The notes below the pieces were generated by a model. That model did not search any database, was not told the origin of the DNA, and saw only the letters and a program-made list of their open reading frames with translations. Below are positions 7,532 through 16,680 of a stretch of 20,000 nucleotides of DNA, in pieces. The stretch comes from an uncultured virus (IMG/VR IMGVR_UViG_3300034069_001183). Taxonomy: Duplodnaviria > Heunggongvirae > Uroviricota > Caudoviricetes. The position numbers and the translations under genes are program-made. Numbering within the stretch: the first letter of the stretch is position 1; each line of letters opens with the position of its first letter. Where the stretch lies: IMG/VR virus record IMGVR_UViG_3300034069_001183, one strand, 5' to 3'.

Positions 7532-9598
7532 ATGACAGAAGAAGGAGCAATCGTAGTAGAAGTACCTAAGGGATATAGGTACATCTCAGAAATCCCAGAC
7601 TTTAAAATTAATGATTTCCCACACATCCTGAACAAACAAATACCGGGATGTGGTTTCACAGAGTACTGTATTGACCCTGCTAAAAACAGTGAAGATATAA
7701 TACTATGTAGTCCTAGAAAGATCTTACTAAAAAATAAGTATGATCAACACGTAGGAGATGTATTCTTAGTTGAAAATAAGTATGAACAAGAAACAAGGAC
7801 TGATAAAGACCTTACAAAGATAGAGAAAGAGAGGGGTGGAAGTATCTTTACAGAGGAAAAAGTGCCGACAAAAGAAGAAATTGAACAAGCTGAAAAAGAA
7901 AAGGTAGGTTTCTTCAATGGTCTTAGGGAGGACTTGAAGAAATATATCATAGGCTGTAGATTTCTCAAGAAGCCAGTTAAAATCTTAGTTACCTACGACT
8001 CATTCAGGATTGTCAAGGATATTATTAAGAGCATTGATGAACTTGATGATTTTAGGGTGATCGTAGATGAGTTTCAAAGTATCTTCACAGACAGTAGATT
8101 CAAACCCGACACAGAAATGGTATTCGTTAAGAACCTACAAGAAGTGAAGAAGCTCTGTTATGTAAGTGCAACTCCGATGATGAAAAAGTATTTAAGTCAG
8201 TTGGAGGAATTTAAAGATCTTCCCTACTACGAACTAGATTGGGAAGCGCTTGACCCTGATAGGGTAAGGAAGCCGAAACTTACTCTAAAAGGTATGAAGG
8301 CTATGTATACAGTAGTTGGTCCTATTATTAAAAAATATCTAGAAGGTGATTTTAGCTATAGATTTGTAAAGGGTGCTGGTGGCGGTGAGGTAGTAAAGGT
8401 AGAATCAAAGGAGGTTGTATTCTATGTTAACTCCGTCGCCAATATTACTAACTTAATAAAAAGAGCAAAATTAGGACCTGATCAAGTAAATATCTTAGTA
8501 GCCAATACACAGGATAACGCAAATAAGATAAAGAAAAGGTTAGGTACTAAATATAAGATTGGTACAGTTCCATTAAGGGATGAACCAAGGAAGATGTTTA
8601 CTTTCTGTACCAGGACTGTTTACTTGGGGGCTGACTTTTATTCTGATAATGCACAGACGGTAGTACTTAGTGATGCCAACCTAGAAACCCTTGCAGTTGA
8701 TATTTCTCTAGATCTTCCACAAATTTTAGGTAGGCAAAGGCTTAGAGAAAATCCTTGGAAAGACGAAGCAACTGTTTATTTCAGGCACCTACTGGATAAA
8801 AATAAGATAAACGAAAAAAGTTTTGACGAGAGAATAGACTGGAAGCTTAAGAAGACTGGTAACCTGCTTACTATATTTGACGAGACAAGAAATGTATTGA
8901 AGGGAGATTTATCAGAGGCATACCAAAAAATAGCAAGAACCTTCAATTATAAGGACGATTATGTAGCAGTGAATGTAGAAGAAGATCCAGAAACGGGAGG
9001 TCCAAAACTTATACCTGTTCTAAATAACTTAGTACTGGTATCAGAGAGACGTGCTTTTGATATGCAACAGACAGAGTATGCAGATCGATTTACAGTCTTT
9101 AATGAGGTCGGTAAGGTATCTACTATTGAAGCGATGAGTGATAAAGTATCTGAGTTCTTCGAAGAGTATGACAAGATAGATACTAGGCAGAAGAAGTTAA
9201 AATTCTTGTGCGAAAGTTATAATAATTTTGACAAGAGTGAGTGGAGATATATACTTGACAACTTAACAGAACTTCACTTTCAAGAATATATAGAAGTACT
9301 GGGTCTTGATGAATGTAAGGCGCAGGCATATAATACTTTCCTACTTAATAAAAAACTTGATATCTTGAGTTTTGATAAGAATTCATTAAAAGAAGATATC
9401 TATAATGAATTTAAAGTAGGCCAGTCTTATCCAAACCCATACATTAAACAAAAACTAGGAGAAATATATAACAGGAAAGAATACAGAGCTACACCAAAGA
9501 CTACTGATCTGATTGAGTACTTTGATATAAAACAGAAGAAAATAAAAGATGAAACTGATAAGTGGGTTCATGGTGTTGTAATCATAAGCAAGAAATAA
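7532..9598 (+). CDS. SF2 (DExD/H-like) helicase-fold protein with atypical Walker A and C-terminal putative DNA-binding domain; possible origin-binding protein
   Basis: Motif I-like IPGCGFT, Ia ILCSPRK, II IVDEFQ, III VSATP, V TRTVYLGADF, VI LPQILGRQR. Confidence 0.75.
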   Translation: MTEEGAIVVEVPKGYRYISEIPDFKINDFPHILNKQIPGCGFTEYCIDPAKNSEDIILCSPRKILLKNKYDQHVGDVFLVENKYEQETRTDKDLTKIEKERGGSIFTEEKVPTKEEIEQAEKEKVGFFNGLREDLKKYIIGCRFLKKPVKILVTYDSFRIVKDIIKSIDELDDFRVIVDEFQSIFTDSRFKPDTEMVFVKNLQEVKKLCYVSATPMMKKYLSQLEEFKDLPYYELDWEALDPDRVRKPKLTLKGMKAMYTVVGPIIKKYLEGDFSYRFVKGAGGGEVVKVESKEVVFYVNSVANITNLIKRAKLGPDQVNILVANTQDNANKIKKRLGTKYKIGTVPLRDEPRKMFTFCTRTVYLGADFYSDNAQTVVLSDANLETLAVDISLDLPQILGRQRLRENPWKDEATVYFRHLLDKNKINEKSFDERIDWKLKKTGNLLTIFDETRNVLKGDLSEAYQKIARTFNYKDDYVAVNVEEDPETGGPKLIPVLNNLVLVSERRAFDMQQTEYADRFTVFNEVGKVSTIEAMSDKVSEFFEEYDKIDTRQKKLKFLCESYNNFDKSEWRYILDNLTELHFQEYIEVLGLDECKAQAYNTFLLNKKLDILSFDKNSLKEDIYNEFKVGQSYPNPYIKQKLGEIYNRKEYRATPKTTDLIEYFDIKQKKIKDETDKWVHGVVIISKK

Positions 9599-9651
9599 AA
9601 AGCATAGAGAATAGGTTAGACGATTATGTTCTATCCTACTCTCTTTTTTTT
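9597..9651. terminator. Probably bidirectional terminator between convergent genes
   Basis: AGAGAATAGG-TTAGA...TCTA-TCCTACTCTCT with a T-run on the right and an A-run on the left. Confidence 0.7.
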
Positions 9652-10483
9652 ATTCCCCTATGAAGTTCTTGATTAATTCTGCTTCCTTACCTTTTTCTAT
9701 GATCCCCGCTTTTACATTACTATATCCCATCTTGCTAATCTTCTCCACTAATTCTCGGTCTGCTTCATTATAGAGGACATAGTAGATAAAATTTCCCAAG
9801 TCTCTGTGTGTGTAGATATAGTCAAGTATTCCGAAGTGTATATCAAACAGGTTACCTCCCGCTGTATCAATTAAGAAGACGTCGGTATCATGTTCTTTCA
9901 GTTTCTTATCGGTACTACTTAGTTGGTATTTCAGTCCAAGTTCTTTCTTTATGGTTCTTCTAAATTCTTTACTATCAAACACTGCCTCTCCTGTGTGATG
10001 AAATAATACTTGTTGTGGTCTTTGTATTTCATCGAACCTAGTATTAAAAGTTGAGGGTGTTATTTTAAAGCACAGGTATTCTCTTTGTGACCCAGGGAGA
10101 ATGCTTTTATACAGGTGAACATCGCTAAATTGTGCGTCATCAAAATCTGTGAGTCCTAGTGTTCCTCTAAAAAACCTCACGATAGAATCTGACGCAAGTT
10201 TTTCGAAGTTAGCACAATCTCTCTGTTTAATACCCGACTTCAAGATAAATTGTTCAGTGACTGTAAATTGTTTTGTTGTTCTGAGCCAATCAAGGTGCTG
10301 TGTAAAATCAATGGACTCTAATTGTCGGTCTATAATAGTTTCCATCTTCTTAGCCTCAGCATTTTTATAGATATAGGGTACTGGTTTTCCTCCCTTATAA
10401 AGTAGTCCAGCCCTATACATGTTATTAACGGAGATGAGTTTTACGTCATCCAGTGTAATTACCAAGTTTATTTCTTTTTTCAT
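9650..10483 (-). CDS. rusA: RusA-like Holliday junction resolvase with C-terminal extension
   Basis: ISVNNMYR, RDCANFEKLASDSI and DDAQF resemble RusA PSxN / RDxDNxxKxxxD / DDxQ; located in the replication cluster. Confidence 0.65.
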   Translation of the reverse strand: MKKEINLVITLDDVKLISVNNMYRAGLLYKGGKPVPYIYKNAEAKKMETIIDRQLESIDFTQHLDWLRTTKQFTVTEQFILKSGIKQRDCANFEKLASDSIVRFFRGTLGLTDFDDAQFSDVHLYKSILPGSQREYLCFKITPSTFNTRFDEIQRPQQVLFHHTGEAVFDSKEFRRTIKKELGLKYQLSSTDKKLKEHDTDVFLIDTAGGNLFDIHFGILDYIYTHRDLGNFIYYVLYNEADRELVEKISKMGYSNVKAGIIEKGKEAELIKNFIGE

Positions 10484-10493
10484 GCTTCCTTAC

Positions 10494-10533
10494 AAAAACT
10501 AAGAAACCCAGAATATATCTCTAGGTTTCTTTT
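10494..10533 (-). terminator. Terminator-like hairpin after DnaB-like gene
   Basis: Minus strand AAGAAACCTAGA-GATATAT-TCTGGGTTTCTT then AGTTTTT. Confidence 0.55.
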
Positions 10534-10540
10534 ATTTACT

Positions 10541-11956
10541 CTATCTAAACGGTGAATCAACTCTTTTCATTCTTCCCATGCTATTATCTATTTGGTTATT
10601 GACTTGTGATCTAGCTGCATTATAGTTGCTAATCATCATATCAATTTCCTGTTCTGAGAAGTATCGTTTTTCTTGTATATTTTTCAGATCTTGGTATACG
10701 GACTTAGGTATTATTTTAAACCTACCATTACCGAGTCTTATTGAATATGCGATAGAGTTTTCACCATGTCTATTTTTACATATATAGAACACACCAAGCC
10801 CATTAAGGTTTTGTGGTTCTTTTGTTCTGGTTATACATACATCAGCGATATGTCCCTTCCTACTTGACGTTCCTAAGTTCTGTAGTTCAATTGGGTTTCC
10901 GTCGCTCCATGTAAATTGTTTTGGTTGACATAGGATCCAGCTATTAATTCCTGCATACTTAAGTTTTGTAAATTCATTATATAGATCACCAAACTCAGCA
11001 TACATAGAATCACTGCCACCATTTTTACCATCACCTCCCATTTTAAAGTTTTCATCATAGTCAACAAAAACTGCCTTATATTTTTTGGGACTATCTATTA
11101 CAAACTGGACAAATTCCGCTGCGTTAATAGTACCGGCAGGAGCAATGATGATGTCTAGCTTATCTCCTATTTGTTGGCTCATTTCCTTATAGATCCCCGC
11201 CAAGTTTTCTCTCACATCACGAAAAGACAGGCCGGTATAAATCGCAGCGAGTCTAATAAATAAGCTTTCCCAATCAAGATCACCCATAATAAGCATACAA
11301 GTAGGAACCTTATGTACCATTGACATATGTAGTGCCTCTGCCTCTGCGATAAGTGATTTACCTACTGATGGCGGAGCACTAATTACTACTATATCACCAG
11401 GTTTAAATGCACCCTCTGAGAAAGATTCATTAACAAAGCTCAGTGATGATGTTAGTTTTCCCTCTTGTCCAGATTCCGCAACGATTGTATTAATATCTAG
11501 GTTATTGAAACTAGTAGTGCTTAAGTAATCAGTGCTACCTGTCTTAAATTCTAGCTTCTTAAGATATTCTAAGTATTCAGAGGGGCTGTCACTATAAAGT
11601 CTATTTGCTCTTTGTACATAGACCGTTGCAACAATGTCTCTGATATACTTTCTCGCTGGTTCAATCTGGTCCTTATTATACTTCTTATACTGGATTATCT
11701 TGTTAAGTATTTCCTGGCTCTCTGTTTGATTTTTTCCTGTCTTAGCTAGGATACTTTGAAACAGAGGTAATCCAATACTTTCCAGTGGGTAATCTTTAAT
11801 GGCACCTATTAATTCTTCAATAAGTGGATTACCTGATGTTGATGGATTAGTCTTAAAGAAAATAGAGATATCTTGTATATTTGTTTTACAGTCCTGATAT
11901 AAGAACTGATTAAACATTGATAATACTAGCTCTAGGTAATTGTCATTGTTATTCAT
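10541..11956 (-). CDS. dnaB: Replicative DnaB/gp41-like (SF4) DNA helicase
   Basis: Walker A SAPPSVGKS, Walker B VFVDY, LCQ, KNRHG arginine-finger motif; near primase. Confidence 0.85.
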   Translation of the reverse strand: MNNNDNYLELVLSMFNQFLYQDCKTNIQDISIFFKTNPSTSGNPLIEELIGAIKDYPLESIGLPLFQSILAKTGKNQTESQEILNKIIQYKKYNKDQIEPARKYIRDIVATVYVQRANRLYSDSPSEYLEYLKKLEFKTGSTDYLSTTSFNNLDINTIVAESGQEGKLTSSLSFVNESFSEGAFKPGDIVVISAPPSVGKSLIAEAEALHMSMVHKVPTCMLIMGDLDWESLFIRLAAIYTGLSFRDVRENLAGIYKEMSQQIGDKLDIIIAPAGTINAAEFVQFVIDSPKKYKAVFVDYDENFKMGGDGKNGGSDSMYAEFGDLYNEFTKLKYAGINSWILCQPKQFTWSDGNPIELQNLGTSSRKGHIADVCITRTKEPQNLNGLGVFYICKNRHGENSIAYSIRLGNGRFKIIPKSVYQDLKNIQEKRYFSEQEIDMMISNYNAARSQVNNQIDNSMGRMKRVDSPFR

Positions 11957-12026
11957 TTTCCATTCCTCTTAACTTTATTCTCACCTATAAGAGACTGCCA
12001 ACTTCGTGATTGCAAAATTGTTAGTT

Positions 12027-13139
12027 TCAAAGATCAGACTCCTCCATTTCTATATCTTCAATCTCACAGTACTGATAATAGTTGTCAATCATTTCTTTTC
12101 TTTCCTGTGCGCTCTTTGTGTAGACAGGTATTTTCTTGTTTCCATAGGGTCGCAAGGTAATAATGTTCATATGTTTACCTCTCGCAACTCGTCCTACACA
12201 TTGAAGAGTAACACCTGCTATTTTCCCGGCGAATAAACATATATTCTCTAGACCTGGGAAATCGAGCGCCCTATATCCTGAACTTGTGCTTGGGATGACA
12301 TCGACTAAGCCTTTCTTGATATACTCACAAGATTCATCAAGTGTTAGTTTAGTTTTATTTCCATCCAGGTCATAATATATATAACCCTCGCCGCACACTA
12401 GCAGGACTCTAAGAACGCCGAGCCAGTAATTATTAATCCAATCATAGAGTATTGTATTAAGGTTATTCATTGGTATAAAGCACTTAGGGAACTTCTTGAT
12501 TACCCTAGTCACTGTCCTACAAATATCCTTATCCATCCAGATCTGATTCATAATCTCAGCATATCTATTTCCTGCCAAGTCAACCTGTTCATCATCTAGT
12601 ACTAGGTTGTCAAGGGATGCTGTTTTAATGCTGATATTTGTGACGCTATTGTTGAGTGGCATTCTAAAGATAATACTTGGGCCGAAATATTTAATGAGGT
12701 TTTTATTTCTCACCACCACTTCACTCAAGCCTTCTCTAAAACTAATTGCTTGTCCTCCTACTTTATCAGCTGTACCACTAAACGCATAAAATCTCTCAGC
12801 GGATATACAACTATCATACAAGTATTCCCCTGCATCATTAATTGTATACTCAACCTCATCAACTAGTACCCATTCATATTCAGACAGGTATTGATGAAAG
12901 GTTTGATATTCGCTAGATTCACTCTTCTTAACTTTGCCCGAATTCATCAGGCCACTAGTAATAACACAATCTAGGTGCCCATTTAGTTTCTTGTCACAAT
13001 TAGAAACGGACAAGCCAAATACATTCTTGCACCTCTTAACAAGTTCATCTCTGGCCTTATTTGACGGGCAGACAATCAAGAGTTTTTTACCTAGCGTTTC
13101 ATGTGCATAATTCGCTAAGGTTGCAATTACTTGGGTTTT
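12027..13139 (-). CDS. uvsW: UvsW-like SF2 helicase, exon 2
   Basis: Begins KTQVIATL (second half of Walker A); LLIVCPS, LVDEVE, FSGTA, LQCVGRVAR. Confidence 0.8.
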   Translation of the reverse strand, partial: KTQVIATLANYAHETLGKKLLIVCPSNKARDELVKRCKNVFGLSVSNCDKKLNGHLDCVITSGLMNSGKVKKSESSEYQTFHQYLSEYEWVLVDEVEYTINDAGEYLYDSCISAERFYAFSGTADKVGGQAISFREGLSEVVVRNKNLIKYFGPSIIFRMPLNNSVTNISIKTASLDNLVLDDEQVDLAGNRYAEIMNQIWMDKDICRTVTRVIKKFPKCFIPMNNLNTILYDWINNYWLGVLRVLLVCGEGYIYYDLDGNKTKLTLDESCEYIKKGLVDVIPSTSSGYRALDFPGLENICLFAGKIAGVTLQCVGRVARGKHMNIITLRPYGNKKIPVYTKSAQERKEMIDNYYQYCEIEDIEMEESDL

Positions 13140-13403
13140 CAATTTTGTTATCCCACAAGCTTTTTATCCTGTGGTTCTTAAGTTTGTTATTCACTTAAGT
13201 TCGGCATATATTTTCAACTTACTATATTCTAAGTTGGCGGATACTCGTGGAGGGATTATATTTATTCACCCTCTATGCTCTACACTACTAAGATACCTAC
13301 ACGCAATTATCTTAGTTAGCACGGTATTAGCAATTTCAGCCTTCACCGTTTTTACCCACTTCCTTACTATGTATCACTACACAGTCTGGCAAATTTCTCC
13401 TTT
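13140..13403 (-). ncRNA. Self-splicing group I intron (IA-like), 264 nt, no homing endonuclease ORF
   Basis: Exon ends in U (GGT). P1 TGGT|AAA pairs with TTTGCCA giving a U-G pair at the splice site. P3 GTGGGTA/TATCCGC; P/Q AAACGGTGAA...AATACCGTGCTAA; P7 GCATA/TATGC; P8 CAACTTA/TAAGTTG; two P9 hairpins; terminal G. Removal restores QTGYGKTQ. Confidence 0.92.
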
Positions 13404-13820
13404 ACCATATCCCGTTTGTACTTGCATTAATCCTCTTCTGTGTCTAAGTAAGAATAGTACGTCATCATTCTGGTAATCTCTCAGTTCACTAAAAGGTACT
13501 GTCCTATATGTATCTGCCATTATGATATTACTTGCAATACCATTATAATCATCTACACTAAGCTTATCCTTCAGTGCCCCCAATAAGAATCCAGACCATC
13601 CGAGACCTACTATATACTTGAATGTTCCGTCGGGTTGTGCATGTTTTATTTTTCTTCCAGTCTCATATATTTTTTCTACTTTCTCAACATAACCCCACTT
13701 CTTCTGCCATGGGATATACTCATAATTACTTGTCTTTGTCTCTAAGAAATAATGAAATGTTGGATCATCTGTTATGAGAACTAGTTTATTTAAGTCTTGA
13801 TCAAAAAATACCTTTAACAT
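13404..13820 (-). CDS. uvsW: UvsW-like SF2 helicase, exon 1
   Basis: Q-motif ELRDYQ and Walker A start QTGYG; same frame as exon 2; spliced product 509 aa. Confidence 0.8.
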
Positions 13821-14821
13821 ATAAATTCTGGCTTAACTACTCTACCTATGTTAAACTTCTTATTATTAAACTTCCTAGATATCCAGCCAACTTCACTACC
13901 TGGACAAATAGAAATCATCCTATTCATTCTCTCCTCTGGATCTTCACCATCAGAACGAATTATATCAATCGGGCAATAATCAATCTGTGTTTTCAGTTTA
14001 TTCATTACTCTCTTTGATATACTAGTTTCGTCCATATAGATCAGTATTTTCTCTGGCATATACTCTTTAATGAAACCGATCTGATAGTCATTCAAGCTAC
14101 TTCCCATGAGTGCAATTGGTATGTAATCTGGGGCTTGTATTAAGAGGGATACCGCATCAAATATACCCTCACACAAGATCAGTTTTCTAATTCCCTGTCC
14201 ATGATCTATTATGTAGACAGGCTTTTTTGAAATCTGTGGGAAATAATATCTAATGCCTTTATCATCATGACCCACATTACTAAATCTGATCTGGTAGTAT
14301 ATTGGTTCCCCGTGATAGAAGAACGGCATTACTATATTACCATACCAGAATTTAAATCCGAGCTGTTGATACAAGTCCTTCATGTACTTATGTCTACTGC
14401 ACAAGTAATCATAACCGGCCTGATCAAAGTCATCGAATTCATACTGTAATCTATCTAACGACCAATCAGGATCCGTTAGTTTGACTACATTGAACGGTTC
14501 TGCGCCAAATCCAAACTTTAGTATTGACTCTGGCACATTAACACGGAACTCAAGCTTATCAGACACATGTATATAGTTTCTACCGCATACAAAGCAGTGT
14601 CCAACAGTCAAGTCAGTTTTTATATAGAGCTTATGTTTAGTATGCCCTTCTTTTTTACAGAACGGACAATGCATGATATATTCACCATTACCGTTTGCAT
14701 GACTTTCTACTTCTGCCATTGACTTAACTCCATAATACTTAGATAGGAGTTCTTCAAAATTACAGAATATAAGTGTAGTTCCGTCCCTTCTTTTTACTTC
14801 TTTATATTCGAACTCGTCCAT
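13814..14821 (-). CDS. dnaG: DNA primase (zinc finger + TOPRIM, DnaG/gp61-like)
   Basis: CPFC...HKLY...HCFVC zinc finger; YYQIR; TOPRIM LILCEGIFDA, IALMGS, IYMD, EDPEE. Confidence 0.88.
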   Translation of the reverse strand: MDEFEYKEVKRRDGTTLIFCNFEELLSKYYGVKSMAEVESHANGNGEYIMHCPFCKKEGHTKHKLYIKTDLTVGHCFVCGRNYIHVSDKLEFRVNVPESILKFGFGAEPFNVVKLTDPDWSLDRLQYEFDDFDQAGYDYLCSRHKYMKDLYQQLGFKFWYGNIVMPFFYHGEPIYYQIRFSNVGHDDKGIRYYFPQISKKPVYIIDHGQGIRKLILCEGIFDAVSLLIQAPDYIPIALMGSSLNDYQIGFIKEYMPEKILIYMDETSISKRVMNKLKTQIDYCPIDIIRSDGEDPEERMNRMISICPGSEVGWISRKFNNKKFNIGRVVKPEFIC

Positions 14822-14828
14822 TTGTTTG

Positions 14829-14876
14829 AAAAAATTTGAAATCTTTGAGAGAACTTAATTATTCCCCCAAAGACTT
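14829..14876 (-). terminator. Terminator-like hairpin upstream of primase
   Basis: Minus strand TCTTTGGGGGAA-TAATTAAG-TTCTCTCAAAGA followed by TTTCAAATTTTTT. Confidence 0.45.
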
Positions 14877-14894
14877 CGTTAACTTTAGGTAGTC

Positions 14895-15320
14895 TTATTT
14901 CTTAGCATTCTTCTTTGGTGCAGCCTTCTTTGTTGGTTCTGGCTTTACCTCTTCTTCTTGCTTCTTCTCATCTACCTTCTTTTCAGGTACTTCTTCCACT
15001 ACTACATCCTCTTTCTTAGGCTCTTCAACGACTGGCTTCTCTTCCTTCTTCTCTGGTGCTGTACCTTTGAATCGAATTACAGCCTCATCTAAGCTCTGTA
15101 CTACAAGAGGTGTACATGCTGGAACACCTGCACAAAGATTAAGTTCTGATGGACCTGATACAATCAATGCGATCTCAGTATCAACAAAACTAGTAGAAAT
15201 AAGTTGTAACATTTCTACATTTGGCATAATGTCTTTTGACACTGAATTAGGACCAATCGTAATCCTCTGTGTTGCAAGTGGTAATTCTACCTGTGAGTTC
15301 TTTCCGTTATAAATTCTCAT
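14895..15320 (-). CDS. Hypothetical protein with K/E/P-rich disordered C-terminal tail
   Basis: 141-aa ORF; promoter motif at 15395-15412. Confidence 0.8.
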   Translation of the reverse strand: MRIYNGKNSQVELPLATQRITIGPNSVSKDIMPNVEMLQLISTSFVDTEIALIVSGPSELNLCAGVPACTPLVVQSLDEAVIRFKGTAPEKKEEKPVVEEPKKEDVVVEEVPEKKVDEKKQEEEVKPEPTKKAAPKKNAKK

Positions 15321-15411
15321 GTTTACTAAATAATTTTATAATTAATAACATATATTTCTCTCATTGAGTAAGTTCCTAACACAAAATAGGAATTACTCAC
15401 ATATAAGGAAT

Positions 15412-16680
15412 CTAATCTGTTGTAGATGCAGTTTCGTTAGGTTCAGATTCTGGATCATCAAAAATCTCACGGAACACAAACTTACCATCTTTCTGCAGTA
15501 GATAGAATATCCTTATGTCACCAGGTATTTCTTTCTTCCACCACAACATACCCTTCTTTACAGGCTTTCTAGTGAGTAGGACCATCATAACAGACTTACC
15601 AATCATAGAAAAATCATAGGACCAAACTGCACTACTGAAATCGCACTTAATCAGATCTAGTAGTTTATACTTGGCCACTGCAAACTTACTACTCTCGTCT
15701 CCGTCTGATGGTAAGTGTAAGATATTCAGTAAGTGATTAGCCTGCTCAACAAACTTACTACTATCAGAGCTATCAGTTTCACCCGGCAGTACTACATCAT
15801 CTGTATCCTTAGGTGGTCTCTGTACTGGTTCTGTCTTCTTAAGTTTCTTACTAGGCTTACCAACTTCGAGTACTATCTGATCTGCATATAAACACATAGT
15901 AGGATCATCGTATGGTATAATCTCATCCTTTAGCTTGAATGATGTAAATACTGCCTGACTAACACCCTTAACCGGTTTATTTGTAGATTTCTTGAGAACG
16001 TAGTTATTTCCTGCATCCTTACCTTTCAATCCGCTCAAGTAAAGTGAGTCATTGTCAGCTGTGTCTAAGTTTCTACCACTAATCACAGTAATGTCAGAGT
16101 AGAATGCAGAGAAACCAAGTAAGTAAGGTACAGTGAAGGCCGTGATATTTCTAGGCGCTGATAAGTACCCGCCAAGTGGATTAAGACCTATTATTAAGAT
16201 GCCATTATCAGTACAGTAATTAATAAGGTCTAAGTTAAATTCAAGCGGGTTAATAGTCAGCGCAATATACTTCACGATACTATCACTGCCTAAGGTCTCA
16301 ATTATCTTCTTAACCTCTTCAACAGACTCAGGCTCCATAATTCCCCAAGCCTTACAACGATCACCAAGACCTACTACCTCAGATCCAGCCAACTTCCAAT
16401 CCGCCTTTGAATCGATCAGCAAGATATCGACATAATCTCTCCCTATTAATTCGACGTGACTCTTAACAGTATCACAAAGACCATCTAAGTGACTAGCATG
16501 AACAACCAGCTTAGTACCAGTTAGCTTGAATGACTCTACGTAATCTTTTATTAAGACGTCATTATTAGCAGGTATAGATGTTAAGATATAATCAAAACTA
16601 CTCCCTAGGATCGCTGCTGGTACATACCCCTTCATTGTAGAGGTATCAATACAGGTTCCCTCTATTTTAAACTTTGTCAT
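15412..16680 (-). CDS. Degenerate aldo/keto reductase-fold protein with C-terminal extension
   Basis: SHVELIGRDYVDILLID, KAWGI, INPLEFNLDLINYCTDNGILIIGLNPLGG parallel the AKR signatures SLxxLGxDYxDLxLIH, KxIGVS, ELxxYCxxNGIxxxAYSPLGG. Confidence 0.6.
   Translation of the reverse strand: MTKFKIEGTCIDTSTMKGYVPAAILGSSFDYILTSIPANNDVLIKDYVESFKLTGTKLVVHASHLDGLCDTVKSHVELIGRDYVDILLIDSKADWKLAGSEVVGLGDRCKAWGIMEPESVEEVKKIIETLGSDSIVKYIALTINPLEFNLDLINYCTDNGILIIGLNPLGGYLSAPRNITAFTVPYLLGFSAFYSDITVISGRNLDTADNDSLYLSGLKGKDAGNNYVLKKSTNKPVKGVSQAVFTSFKLKDEIIPYDDPTMCLYADQIVLEVGKPSKKLKKTEPVQRPPKDTDDVVLPGETDSSDSSKFVEQANHLLNILHLPSDGDESSKFAVAKYKLLDLIKCDFSSAVWSYDFSMIGKSVMMVLLTRKPVKKGMLWWKKEIPGDIRIFYLLQKDGKFVFREIFDDPESEPNETASTTD

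Noticed and set aside
13140..13403. Intein or stop-codon readthrough explaining the split helicase
   Set aside because: Insert has an in-frame stop, lacks intein termini and shows a full set of group I intron pairings
13171..13476. 101-aa plus-strand ORF as an intron-encoded endonuclease
   Set aside because: Antisense to the intron, overlaps the ribozyme core, no nuclease motif
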